A stretch of 63,821 nt of DNA, the filler included, from Reticulomyxa filosa (taxonomy: Eukaryota; Protista; Foraminifera), in NCBI GenBank assembly GCA_000512085.1. It is 19 parts of 19 records of this genome, joined end to end, with 100 filler letters (N's around TTAATTAATTAA, not from the genome) between each part and the next. Parts side by side here need not be neighbours in the genome. Positions count along the whole stretch, not along the records: positions 36,964 to 40,760 come from ASPP01009870.1; positions 40,861 to 42,416 come from ASPP01028390.1; positions 42,517 to 44,566 come from ASPP01002101.1; positions 44,667 to 48,386 come from ASPP01015922.1; positions 48,487 to 54,819 come from ASPP01018710.1; 14 more parts are not named here. The stretch is one strand, 5' to 3'. Of the stretch, positions 37,710 to 50,864 are shown piece by piece. The notes below the pieces were generated by a model. That model did no database searches and had not been told where the DNA came from. It saw only the letters and a list, made by a program, of their open reading frames with translations. Both the position numbers and the translations under genes were made by a program. The first letter of the stretch is position 1. Each line of letters opens with the position of its first letter.

Positions 37710-38103
37710 TAATAAGAATGACAATGACAATGTGGTGGATTGGAGTGGTGAAAATAGTGATTGGACTGCCCTGGATTCATTATCAGCACAACTGTCAAAT
37801 CCATTTCACCCCAACAATTTCGTCAAAGCCGTGTTTGCGCCGGGTGAAAACAACCCGAGCACAGCAGCGACAGTGGACGAATTGGATATATTGCCAGACA
37901 TGCAAGGGTTGCACCACTACGACAAGCACAAAGAACTCGGCATTGGCACCGACGCCTATGTCTACGAAGTGATTGACAAAAGAGACAAGTCACATGTGGC
38001 CATGAAATTGACCAAAAGAAAATCAGGTGTATTTTCAATATTTTGTTTCGGAGGAGAGTGTGACAAGGAGAAGCAGAGGTGCTTGCACTTTTGCATATAT
38101 GTA

Positions 38104-38141
<38 letters not shown>

Positions 38142-39426
38142 AGGACGCTATCGCACAGAGATCAATTTGTTGTATGCATTACGCATGTGCTCACACGTGG
38201 TGAAATTAATCCAAGTGTTGGAAAACGAATCAGTATACGTACTAATATTGGAACAGGCGCCAATGACATTGGAGAATCTGTTACACGACCGTTGTTGTGA
38301 GCTACCAATGCAAGAGAAAGTGGGTAAATGTATTATATCGGATGTGTTGAAAGGGGTCAAGACCGTGCACAACTTGGGATTTGTCCACAAAGACATCAAA
38401 CCCGAAAATGTCCTCATTTTCGCCGATCACGCGAACCGAAAGCTGCTTGCCAAAATTGCCGACTTTGGATTTGCCACGCGCGTCAAGTCGAGCAACGACA
38501 TGCTTGCCCTTGTGCACACCATGGCATCTGTCGATTTGGACAAAGTGGAAAGCGATTGTTTTGCTATAGAATCTTCAGGTTGATTTTTTTTTTTTTTTTG
38601 CATTTGCGATATATATATTTTGTACATATATACATAAATATATTTATGATATGTACGTACATTATTATTATTTTTTTTTGCACTCCTTTTTATATACACA
38701 TATACATATATAATATAAATGATATACACACATATATATATATGTACATATATCGAAACAAATGGAAATATGGATGGGAACAGATGAGACATTGCCGTGT
38801 TTGATACAGCAATTGCCACAGTGGACATTGAAAGAGTTCACTGAACGGGTGTCCGACAAATGTGGCACTCCCGGGTTTTGGGCGCCTGAGCTGGTGACCA
38901 ACACCGTGGAGTTGAAACATGCATTCAAAATGGATGTTTTTTCCGTTGGGGTTACACTGTACCGTATGCTATGCAATGAAATGCCCTTTGGCTTGTTCGA
39001 AACATGGGACGTCAAGGAATTGGTCGACGGAAGCAAGAAGCTCAATAAAATGAAGCCCAACTTTCAAATCGTTTCCTGGCTTAAAACAAAGCCACATCTT
39101 TTGTTTCGTTTCTCTTTGTCTGTGTCGATGTATTTTTTTGTGTTTTCTTTTCATTGTTGAAAAAGAAAGAGAAAGACAAACTTAACATTTTTTTTTTTAA
39201 AAAAACAAAAAGAGATGGAAATGGAGATGCTGTCAATGAAAATGATGACTCTACTTCCACTGCAACCGGCAACAAACCTAAATTTTGTTACATTCGCAAA
39301 CTTGTTCCGCGCAAATTGTCCGATCATTGTGTTGATTTATTGCGTGGAATGCTGAGGATTAGGCCTTCTCGTAGGGACAGTATTGACCAATGCTTAAAAC
39401 ATCCATGGATTGTTGATATGCCATAA
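37040..39426 (+). CDS. Ser/Thr protein kinase (CAMK-like), multi-exon
   Basis: LGIGTDAYVY, VAMK, FVHKDIKPENVL, KIADFGFA, CGTPGFWAPE, DVFSVGVTLY, DLLRGML...PSRR.SIDQCLKHPWI. Confidence 0.92.
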
Positions 39427-40072
39427 TTAATTAATTATTACGTGGACACTTGTTGTTGTTTTTTTTTTTGTGTGCTGTTGTAGATTTGAGTTTGGCTCTA
39501 ATTCTTTTTTTTTTTTTTTATAGTTCTTTTTTAAATTGTGTCTTTGTGTTTTGACTTTGTGTAAGTTTTTAATGTCTCTTCTTTTTATATTCACAAAATA
39601 GCGCCTTTGTTGCGTTGCATTGGAGGTTGTTACGTTTTCTTTTGTTTGTCTTCTGTTTGTATTGGTTTGTTTCTTATTTTCATTATTTTTACTTTATTTG
39701 AAGTTTCACTATAAAAGCCAACTGATGCACACTGATCATGATCGAGCAGCACGTTTCAATTTAAGTTCGACGAAGAAGAATTTTACACGCTTGTCCATAA
39801 ATTAAAATATTCTTTAGTCTGTTATGTGTTGTAAGATTGGAATTAACACTTTCTTCCACGATGTACATAAGCGAGTAATGTTAAAATTCCAAAGTAAGTA
39901 GTTGTTTATCATAAACTTTGTGTGAACCGATCTAAAAAGACATACACGTAAAAAAAAAAAAAAAAAAGAACAAAAGGAAGGGGCTCAAAGATTGTACTTT
40001 TGAACCGTGGAACATTAAACTTAGTGGAGCGAGAGCAGCATTTTGCTTTTGTTGGCTATCCTTGATAGTTGA

Positions 40073-40760
40073 ATGTTTTCTCCTCCAGTAAGCTCAGTAT
40101 CAGTAGCACAAACGTTTAATCAGATCCACAACGGGTCGCCTCACTACCTGGATGACGAGGAATTTCCATTGACGGAAGAGGACGAAACAGGCAAACATGG
40201 GCACACGAACACGCAGGAGCTGGACACTCCAGAATTTGAGCGCAATCTGCATAAAAAGAGAGAAGATGGGATAATGCAATTGATAACATCCGAGAAGCAA
40301 TATGTGTCAGAGTTGGGACAATTGAATGACAACTTCATACGTCCATTTGAAACGGTATATCAAACAGCAGGCCAAGTCAACCCAAGCGCAACTGCAAGTG
40401 TAAGTGCAAGTGCAAGTGCAAGTAGTAACAATGTTGAAATTAATGCAAGTGTTTTGAGTGAGGCATATTATCACATATTGTTTGACAGCATATTGGCCAT
40501 TTATGATGTCAACCTCAAGTTGTATCGGTCTTTGGAAGAGCGATTTTCCAAATGGGATCAACAAACTTCACTCATTGGGGATGTTTTTTTGCCGTTTATC
40601 CCACTTTTTACCTGTTATCAAAAGTTAATTTTTATATGGTGTATATACATATATATAAAAAGGGGGGGGGGATAATAATTTATAAACACCTCACTATGTA
40701 TTTTTTTGTTTGTTATAAAAAAAAAAAAAATAGTTATGTGCAAAATTATGAAAAAGCACA
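40073..40760 (+). CDS. RhoGEF (DH-domain) protein, 5' part
   Basis: KREDGIMQLITSEKQYVSEL..L..NFIRP, ILFDSI.AIY..N..LY.SLEER, IGDVFL, Y.-YVQNYEKA. Confidence 0.88.
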
Positions 40761-43700
40761 NNNNNNNNNNNNNNNNNNNNNNNNNNNNNNNNNNNNNNNN
40801 NNNNTTAATTAATTAANNNNNNNNNNNNNNNNNNNNNNNNNNNNNNNNNNNNNNNNNNNNATTCAGTCGGCAAAATATGCCTTTCAGTTCGACCAACTTG
40901 CTGAAAATATCTAGCTCTTCAAATAACTGTCTCAGTCGAACAAGGTTATCATCCTTAATAAATTTGTGGAAGTGATAAAGAGAGAGACTTATTACTTTGA
41001 ACATGCCAATACAAATCGATAGCAATAGCTACAACAAACTGATACAATAATTTCATAATCATGGCTGACATGATTTGTAATATTACTCGAACGCTTAAAA
41101 TAATATAGCATCTTTTCTCTTGAAGAGATAGATTGTGAAATTAATTCAAAAAACATGTATAAAGAGCATTTTCTAGCATGTGGGTAACTGTAATACGAGA
41201 GGTGTTTTCGTAAAACGAAAGTAGTTTAAATAAAAAAAAGAAAGTGAGAAGTAGGTTTATTGAAAAAGTTTAACCTATTGTGGATTCCTCCATTCACTTG
41301 ATAATTTTGATAGCCAGATAAATAATTCTGTTGAATGCTGATGTATGTATTTTAATAATTTTACTAAATACATAACAAATATTTTGGCAATTAATAACCT
41401 TTGATTAATTTTGTATTGTTAATATTTAAATTATAAACATGTGAACTGTCTACTGTAGAGAATTACTCTAAATGTAATACTGGAAAAGGTTTTACTCGAA
41501 TTGAGAGTGGCTTTTAGTAAAATAAAGTAAATAATCAAATAAGTAAAAAAGAAAGACAAAACAAGAAGTGAAGTTTAACTCAATTCTATAAGAGTTCAGC
41601 CATGTGTAATTATGTATGTACTTAAATATTTTTTAATTAAAATGAAATCAATGAAAGGATTTTGAAAATTAAACTATCAGTAAATTACAATACATTTATA
41701 TCATCAACTCAAGTTTTTTTATTTGACAAAGATCTTGGTTTGTATATATATCTATCATTTCATTGAATGAATTATTCAAAAGGATCCAAAAAAATGGAAA
41801 TGTGTCAATATATAAAAATTATTCTATTACTTTAAAAATGATTAAAAAATATGACTCTAAATTTCTTTTTTTTTAAAAGAGTCTATATAATATATGTGGG
41901 ACTCCAAAAAAAAAATAAAAGAATTGTTTTTTTTATATTTTCCTTAAATAGATGTGATGTTGATGCAATACGTTTGATTTATTTATTCAAATTTTGGTTT
42001 GTTGAGATCCATAAAAAAAAATAGTTCAAATATTCATTTAATTTTCCATCAAATGAAATTTTTAATAAATCCAAATTACATTGTTTATTATAAATAGATA
42101 TCAGGAACATTATAGATAACAAAAAAAAACGCCCAGAAACACCAGCAACAATCAGAGTCATAATGGACTCAAAATCGTTTTCATAAATTTTTTGATTTGT
42201 TTTTATAACATCTAATAAAATCTTGCTTACTGTTGTAATAATTATCACAATGACATGCGATGATCGCAACGAGATATATCTAATAAATGATTGTTATTGT
42301 GAATGGAAAAGAAGTAAGAACAGAAGTGAGAATGGAGAGGAGGGAAATAAAGGCGTTGAGAGGTAATGAATATAGATTTGCAAAGATGTGCATATCCTAA
42401 CCATTATGTGTCTCAGNNNNNNNNNNNNNNNNNNNNNNNNNNNNNNNNNNNNNNNNNNNNTTAATTAATTAANNNNNNNNNNNNNNNNNNNNNNNNNNNN
42501 NNNNNNNNNNNNNNNNAAAAAATTCAGATATTCAGTGTTACAAATGCAAATCCATTTTGTTTTGTCATGGTTCTGATGTTATTATTGCGTATATTCTTGT
42601 AATGCAACTATGATGTTTCTCAGATAAAAAAGTTTTTTGAGTTATGTAAAAACATCACGCTTAAAAAACATAAAAAAAGCTGCAGTGCAAAAGAGATTGT
42701 GCAGTTTGTTTTGATTGTTTATTTTGTTGTTTTTGTTTTTATCGATTTACTAAAATTTGGAGTGTTTCATGTAACGGGAATTTTAAAACACGATACGTAA
42801 CAAAGAAAAAATCTCGTCCTTAAAAAAAGACTTGATAACTTTTTTAGAGCCGACAATTTTGGATTACTTTGCAAAGCGAAATGTTAATATAAAGGTATTG
42901 ACATTGTCAATTACTCTATTGACTTATGTTTGTTAATTTATTTTAATTATAAAATCTAAGTAAATTATTAAGCGATTTTAGTTTTTTGTTTTATTACTTG
43001 TCTTTACCTTATTAAGTTCATAGAGACAAGTCGTTCAGGCATCTTTTTTTACTGGAACAAAGACTTTTTTTGAAACTTCTTTTCCACTCTCGCTTTTTTC
43101 TTTGGAAAAAATTGCAACAAAACTTTGTGTGCTTCAAAAAATTATTGTCACTAAAAGAGTGATAATAGAATGATTTATGCTCAAATCTCGCTTTTTAAAA
43201 GAAATCAGCAATGTGATTTACGGTTGCAAATTTAGAATATGAGAGAAATAGAGCATTGTAATTAATCAGAATTATCATTTTTCAAATTTACAACTAATTC
43301 ACTCCAGTTTTGGTAATAGGTTAAGCATATCAAATTTGCGTTTGAAAAGAGATTGAGAGTTGTTTGAAAATGTAATATCATTCGTTGAGAGTGTCCTTTT
43401 AGATAATCATCAAGAGATTGAGTTTTGCTAAAGAATTATTTCTAGTGTTCATATCTAATACTTTTAATGCGATTATCCATATTTTAAAGAGAATATGAAA
43501 CGGCTCTTTTTTTGTTTTTCGGTTCAATTCTGAGATGTCGTTTTATGAAACGATTTCAATTCAATATTTTATAAACTACAAAATGCTTTGTTTTCATTGA
43601 TAACACTAATCATTTTTGACTTGTCCTACGATCCTACCGTGAACATATTTATTTTTTGCATAATCTTATTTAACTTAACAATGTCAAATGACACAAAAAC

Positions 43701-44227
43701 GGGAACAATAATTTTTCTTTTCGTTGTCGAAGCTTAACAACTTTCGTCGTGTGTCATTAAATTGCTTTCATTTTTTTATAAACAAACTAATGAGTGGTCT
43801 CGGTTTTTTAGCGAAATACGGAACAACCCGAAAACATTTTTTGTAAAATCTCACTCCACAGATTTTTCCTTTCTAAACTCAAACAAAATGATTTTTAAGT
43901 TAATCCGCTTTGTTTTCGGAAAAAGGATACAAAATTGCAATTATATGTGAATGTTTATCTCAAGAATGTATTATAACAAATAACCAAATTTCAATGTTTC
44001 AAAGACTTCTTTATTGTATTAAAAACATTCTTTTTAAAAAAGTCTTGTCGACTATAGCCATACCATTGTGTGACATGATCAATAATGTAATCTTGAAAGG
44101 AAGTCATATCTTTGTTTTTTTTAGTCTGTTACTCCAAAAAATTTGGATTTTTTACTTCAAAAGGGTCTTTTCATATTTTTCCCTTTTTAAAATCTAAACT
44201 ACTTCATAGTTCTTCAGCATTAACAAC

Positions 44228-44566
44228 ATGCGTAATCAAGCCTTTCAAACTTTGAAGGAGTTGCCCATTCCACTTTATAAGTCTCAATGTGTGCTACACA
44301 AACACGAACTCCTCATTTGTGGAGGTTATAAAGAAAGAACTTGTTATTCTTATCATACGCTCAAAAACGAATACAAGTTTATCTGTGAGTATCCAAGTGA
44401 TGTTAAATTACGTGGACACTGTGTAGTGAAACTGGTAGATAACAACAAAGACGATAATCAAATCACTTTGCTGTCTTTTGGTGGGGCAATTAAACATACA
44501 TCGGTGATGAAATATGTAAGTGTTTGGGATAGTGACAGCAATAATAATAATAATAATAATAATAAT
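44228..44566 (+). CDS. Kelch-like beta-propeller protein of a lineage-expanded family, 5' part
   Basis: FQTLKELPIPL..SQCVLHKHELLICGG...RTCYSYHTLKNEYKFICEYP..VKL.GHCVVKLVD..ITLLSFGG. Confidence 0.8.
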
Positions 44567-44666
44567 NNNNNNNNNNNNNNNNNNNNNNNNNNNNNNNNNN
44601 NNNNNNNNNNTTAATTAATTAANNNNNNNNNNNNNNNNNNNNNNNNNNNNNNNNNNNNNNNNNNNN

Positions 44667-45960
44667 AAAAAACAAAACTCCACAAAACCCCAAAAATTTT
44701 CGTGCAATCGACAGATTTTTGAAACAAATGAAATCAAGAGAATAGGTTTTTCATGCTTCACGGGATTTTGGGCAAAGACAAGACTTTGGCAGCGCTGCAG
44801 CGAGGCGGGGGATGCGGCGCTGTACTGTTTGATCAGTGCACCGCATCGTCGCAACAAAGCGCGGTTGGTTTCGAACGTGGCCACGCCGTTGAATCTAATC
44901 ATTTGAAAGTCGTCTTTGGCGTCGGCGAGTTTGGTTTGCAATTCGTCCAGTCCTTTGTTCGTGACAAATGCATCGTTTGGCCACATTTCTTGGTATTGGC
45001 TTTGGAATTGTTCAAATGTTTGTTGTTGTTGTTGTTGTTGTTGTTCCTTGTCATTTGTAATCGCTTGCTCTTGGGACTGTGATTGCTTCTTTTCATCTTT
45101 TCCTGTCATCTCTTTCCCTTCTGGCCACAGGTCCTTTGCATCGTATGCACTCATTAGTTTACTTATTTTTTCGTCCAAATATTCGTTTAATTTTTTTTGA
45201 GATGTTAACTTTCATTTGTTTATTTGTTTGTTTGTTTGTTTTTTTTTGTTTGTTTGTTTGTTTGATTTTGTCTTGTTTTGTTTTGTTTTGTTTTGTTTCG
45301 ATGGGATGCAAATAAAAAAAAAAAAAAAAAATACACAAACTTCCATATATGTTTGATGCGGAATCCATGGAATACCACTTTTTATCCATTTGTTCACGTC
45401 GAACCCATTGTCCAACAGAAAGTCCAGCGCTTGTGCTTGCACTACAAAGCGTCCATTCAACTCGTGCCAATTTGAAAATCCATCTCCAAAGTTTGGATAC
45501 AATGTAAATGTAAATGGATAACAATATAAATTTGTATCTTTTTTTTTTTTTTTTTTCCCCATTCCCACACACACACACACACACTTGTTTACAACCAATG
45601 CTTAATTGAATTTTTTCTTTTTGTAAATACATCCCTCTCCATAACTCTTTTTAGAACACAAAAATATCGCTATTCCCAATTGCGAAATCGAAAATTCACT
45701 CGCTCTTTGCAATGAAAGCTGCAATTCCTCTGATGGACTGTGCTTCTCTGACAACACCGGCTCTTTTTTGCATTCAACCCTGTAAACTCACAATCAAGCG
45801 CTATATATGCAATATCTTTCGGATTTTGCAGAAAGCTATTCAATTTTTTGCTTGCTGCTGCAAAGTTTTTTGTTGTGACGTCCAGATTTACTTTTACTTT
45901 GCTTGATGATGATTATTATTGGTGCCCTTTTTTTTACCACAAATTTTGAACTTGTAACAT
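44667..45960 (-). CDS. PARN: Poly(A)-specific ribonuclease PARN / CAF1-family DEDD nuclease, 5' exons
   Basis: LDVTTKNF...IAYIALDCEFTGL, FSISQLGIAIF, YPFTFTLYP, RFVVQAQALDFLLDNGFDVNKWIKSGIPWI. Confidence 0.8.
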
Positions 45961-46533
45961 TACATTATTGACACTATCTTCTTAAAGTTAACAAGATAAT
46001 GCATTTTGGAACGAATCTTTATTATCGCTGTTAAAAAAAACATTGTTAATGAAATGAAATTTATCTTTTGTTTTGTTTACCTGGTGTCCATCCATTAAAA
46101 TAACTACGAATTCTGTTTTCATTTAGAAAATATAATATTGCTTACATGTCCTTACGTAAATATCGTGTTACAATTCTCATTGCATTCAAAGAGTATATCA
46201 GCGAAGTCAAGAAAAAGTGACAATTGAATTAAGATAATCGAGTTTAAATTAAATAAATTAAAATTTTGTTATTAATAAAAAAATCAAACAGCGCTGTGTG
46301 CACTCGGAAAAAGTATGTAAAAAGGATAACTCAAATTTGCGATTAAAGATTTTCATTTTATTTTACATATGAACTATCATCAAAATAAATGTACAGTTTC
46401 AATAAACGGCAACAAAAATTTGTGTAAATTACCAAATTCTCATAAACATGCTGACATAAAGTAAGTACAATGCGAATCGTGAAACGAGGTTCTGTCTAAA
46501 ACAGAAATTAAGGGATTATTTTCAAAGTCTTGA

Positions 46534-47481
46534 TGGATGATTTTAATAGAAGACTTGCTGCTTTGAAAGCGGATGGAGCAAATAAAGCCCCACAAAGCCA
46601 AGAACCTGATTTACAAGATCGTCTAAAGAAACTAAAGGGGACCAATGACGACGTAACAGAGGAAGAGCTAACAGCTAGATTGCAAACGTTGCAAGGACAA
46701 AGTGCACCACAAGACAAGAACATAAAAAAAACTCAAATCAAGTCATCTGAAGATCAATTAATGGAACAGATGGCAGATGAAATCAAATTAGATAAAAAAA
46801 CAAGCCAGCAGAAGTTTCACTGGACGATTTCGAAGGTGTTGACATAATTTGAGAGAGAGAGAGAGGAGAGCAAAAGAGAAATGAATTTTTAGATTTTTGA
46901 CAACGTTGATGAATATATTGTATCATCCACAAGCCAATTACATCATGAACTGTTCATTTATTGAAATGACTAATATTTATAAAATTAAAAAAAAAAAAGT
47001 GTGATGAATGCGCACTTTTCATAAAATAAAATCGACAAACAAATATTGACAGATGAATTGGATGAAATGGGGGACGATCTAGAATTGACTGATTTTATCG
47101 CTAAAACGGCAGCAACCATACAAAAAGAGAAGATAGAAAACGTAGACAAAGAAATAAAAAACATTTATGATCAGATACCTGCCAATGTCCGCGAAAATAT
47201 TAAAAAAGAAAGCATGGCACAACACAATACAAAAAAAACAAATTTATGAAAAAACAAAAAGATGAAGAGGAAGATAGTGAAGATGATGACGTTGACGATC
47301 CTAGAGTCAACGCATTAATTAACCAAGTCATGGATGAACATAAACTTGGAATGGAACCGGACATAAAGCCAAGCCAAATGTCAATCCAACTACAAATGCA
47401 AACACAAACAAAGCAGAGGAAGAGGACTATTGGGACAATTACAAAGATTCAGATGATGAATATGATAGTGATGATAACAAA
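46534..47481 (+). CDS. Acidic helical protein with three RLxxLKG-type repeats; function unknown
   Basis: FNRRLAALK, LQDRLKKLKG, ELTARLQTLQG; a second exon is D/E-rich with apparent frameshifts. The motifs resemble ESCRT-associated MIT-interacting helices. Confidence 0.45.
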
Positions 47482-47740
47482 AAGCGTCAAAAAACGAAGC
47501 AAGGCTTTCGGTTTTGAAAGGAGAGGACAACATACCTTTATCTTCTTCCGTTTAGTTGCATTTCTTGCGAAAATTTGTGACACAGAAGACGAAGCAATTT
47601 TTTGATTTTTTAAAAATTGATTTCAATGCAAAAATCGTGTAAAAAATGTTTAAAATTTTAAGAATCGATGTTTAATGATTCCACAACAAAAGGGGCAAAA
47701 AGGACTCTAAAATTGAAATCGGTCTTTCAGACATAAAACA

Positions 47741-48386
47741 ATGCGTATTTGCATATTACATTTAGATCTTGGCCAAGGTGGAGCCGAGCGTCAGACGGTT
47801 GATGAAGCATTAGCATTGAAATCCCTGGGTCACGATGTGACATTAATAACGTCACATCACGACCCGAAGCGTTGTTTTGAAGAAACTATCGATCCAAGTA
47901 AATTTTTTTTTTGAATAATGCAATGCCAAAAAAAAAAAAGAATAAAGTGGTAAAGGTAAAGCAAAGCGAAACCAAATTAAACCAAAAAAAAACTCAGCAA
48001 AGTTGGGTGATAAGATAGAAGTGTATGGCAACTGGATCCCAATGGATCTGTTTGGAAGATGTCATTTGCTGATGTCGATATTTCGCATGTTGTGGTGCAT
48101 ATTACGAATGATTTGGAAGCGTCGCAAGTATGACGTAATCTTTGTGGACCAAGTGCCACACATCATCCCATTTCTAAGAGGATTGTATGTGAACGGAATC
48201 AATCCAGATTGCAAAATAATCTTTTACTGTCATTTCCCAGACTTGTTGTTGGTGCCCAATCGAGCCAAAATGGGCCGATGGAAGAAGATATATCGATCGT
48301 TGTTCGACTGGACCGAGCAGATTACCACGGCATGTTGTGATCAGCTGTTGGTCAATAGTGAGTTTACAAGATGGGCTGTCATAGAC
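47741..48386 (+). CDS. ALG2: Alpha-1,3/1,6-mannosyltransferase ALG2, 5' part
   Basis: MRICILHLDLGQGGAER..VD.ALAL...GHDV...TSHHDPKRCFEET, VYGNWIP..LFGR.H, IFYCHFPDLLL, LLVNSEFT. Intron at about 47899-48002. Confidence 0.93.
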
Positions 48387-48498
48387 NNNNNNNNNNNNNN
48401 NNNNNNNNNNNNNNNNNNNNNNNNNNNNNNTTAATTAATTAANNNNNNNNNNNNNNNNNNNNNNNNNNNNNNNNNNNNNNNNNNNNATAATTAGTCTA

Positions 48499-50570
48499 TC
48501 ACTCAAAACTTTTGAAATTTAGGATTTGGCTTTTTTCCACAAACAAGCAACAACTGTCTTGTTTCCATTCTCGAGCAATCACTGGAGTTTTCCACGATTT
48601 CATTTCATTCAAGATAGTTTGCATCAACATGATTGAAGTGGCAGGATCTGTCGAACTTGTTTGGCGATGGACACCACGCCCACACAAAAGCAACATCCCA
48701 GTTTTTGCATTCTCTTGGTTTGGAGAAGTATCTCCATTTTCATTCCACTCACAAGACTCCAAAAGTGCACTTTTGCAATTGCCAAACAAATATCTGGTCA
48801 CAAAAACGGCTCCTCGATGAGAGTAATTATGTAGATCAAAGACCAATTTTTTAGAAGTATCAAATTCGTTCATTAAGCCTAAATATCTTTCCTTTAAACA
48901 TGTTTCAAACCATTTCACACTTTTACTTTCATGGATAGCATTTGGAAATAATAGAGTGAGTATTTCATCATACAAGATACTGCATTCCAATTGAATCTGA
49001 GCCAAGCGTGGATGAATTTTTGTTATCTTACTCAAAGCAGATCTTCCTTCAGGGATATTTATCATTACAGTGTTGTAGATATTATCAATTGACTTTAAGT
49101 ATCCAGCTTTGTCGTTTGGCAAGCGCTCGTGTAACAAACGGTTTTTTTGTTTCTCCAATAATTTAATGTGCAATGCGGCAAATGAATTCCATAATCTATC
49201 ATTTGGTACTTGTTGATGATCTATGGAAACTAGCAATTCACTCCATAATGCCAACGCTTTTTGAATGCAGTCCGATTTCAAATAGGCATTGAACAATATC
49301 CCATAATGAATAATATTCAAAGGAATGTCATGAAATTCCAACATAGTTTTTATGGACTCGAGTTTGCTAATATCACCCTGTTTTCCAAATCGGCTCATCA
49401 TTACTCCACAAATAGCTGGTGTAAGTATGCATTTATTTAGATGTTTGTTTGTGTGACCCAACATCAGTTCCTTCAGCCCTGGAATGTGCTCTGAGCATTC
49501 CATGATATGTCTTGCAGTTTGATAGGTCGGTTTGCCACTTTTGATATAACATTATAATTTTTGCCAACAATAAAGACAAACAATGTGTATTTCTGTTTGT
49601 AGGAAGAAAAATAATTTTTGTTTGTTTTCGTTTTCAATGGTCAAAACTTATTCAAGGCCTCAGCAGTATTCAGCGTTAAAGTCATGAAAGTTTTAGCAAC
49701 TTTTTGTGATAGTTGCTTACAAAGTAACTCCTTCTGGTTTTTTTCATCACTTGCAGCTGCAGCTGTGGAGGCTGTTTGTAAAGTGTCAGCAATGCTCCGT
49801 TCCATATTGGAAAAAAACTGCAATAATTCCACATAACACGGTTCATGTGGAGACACATTACGATCTTTAACAAAAAAATCCCAGAGCTTTTCGACATAAT
49901 CAATTTGCTGTACTAGTGTGTTGCTATCACTGCAATCAAAATAGGAGTTGCTGAACCCATGCAAGATGCTTGATAATGTCGAACGATCGGGGTTGATCCT
50001 ATCCTCCATTATCATTTTTTGTAAATACTTGTCAAATACCTTGCTAATGTCCTTTCTATTGTCTGCGCTGACAAGTTTGTATTGTCTCGTAAGATCACTG
50101 CTCTTTATTTTGCTTGGATAGGTTTTGCTGATCGCATTGAACAATACATTGTACATATGCGTGTCTCGAGGAATATTTTGACTGTACATTATATTGATTA
50201 GGTAGTCCACTAGGGACTTCGAATTTAGAGATACTGCACGCTTCATCCCTACACAAAGTGCAGTGGCAGAGACGGGAATTGTTCGATTTTCGAAAATTCT
50301 GTAAATTTCTGGTATCGACTTTGTCGATATCAACTGCTTGTGCAATTCATCCTCTGGCTGATCACAGTCCTTGTATCGCATATTACCCCATCTACGCTCT
50401 TTCATTGCCGTCTTCAAGCGTTGTTCATGTTCACGGCGCAAAGGATTTTTTACCTTAATTCGTTCCATTGTGTATCCCGTTTCCTGTGACAACTTTCTTG
50501 ACTGAAACACAACGACGTTTCGCGGAAACACATGTCCGGAGATCAACGTATGCAACCACTTTCTTGGCAT
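48499..50570 (-). CDS. PPR-repeat protein with a C-terminal SMR (small MutS-related) domain, probably mitochondrial
   Basis: Basic N-terminal presequence. PPR-like helices (IPRDTHMYNVLFNAI, INPDRSTLSSILHG, VSPHEPCYVELL, IPLNIIHYGILFNAY, VPNDRLWNSF). SMR motifs FDLHNYS and LLLCGRGVH. Intron 49538-49647 joins the two ORFs in frame. Confidence 0.8.
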
Positions 50571-50864
50571 ATTAAGATATTATACTTGTGTTTTAGTTAT
50601 TGCATATCAGGAAATACAAATTAATTCAGGTTAGATATTCTTAATTCATTAAAGAAAGGGCACCACTTTTCTTCTATAAAAATCTCAAAATAAAAAAGAA
50701 TAATTGTTATTTTCTATAGTGCTATAATTTTAATTTTTAAAATTTATTTAATCACTGCCAATAAGAGGCTGGCGCTCGAGTCATTTGTTTTCTTGTTAGT
50801 AACAGAGCGCGTTTCCCTTGTAAAATTTCCGTTTTTGTTGCAATATTGTCAGATCACAACAATT

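Noticed and set aside
39424-39437. TAATTAATTAATT after the kinase stop as a hidden linker
   Set aside because: There are no flanking Ns; it is ordinary AT-rich 3' UTR.
40861-44200. Short ORFs in the AT-rich contigs
   Set aside because: No recognisable motifs or splice-consistent models; probably intergenic or heavily decayed sequence.
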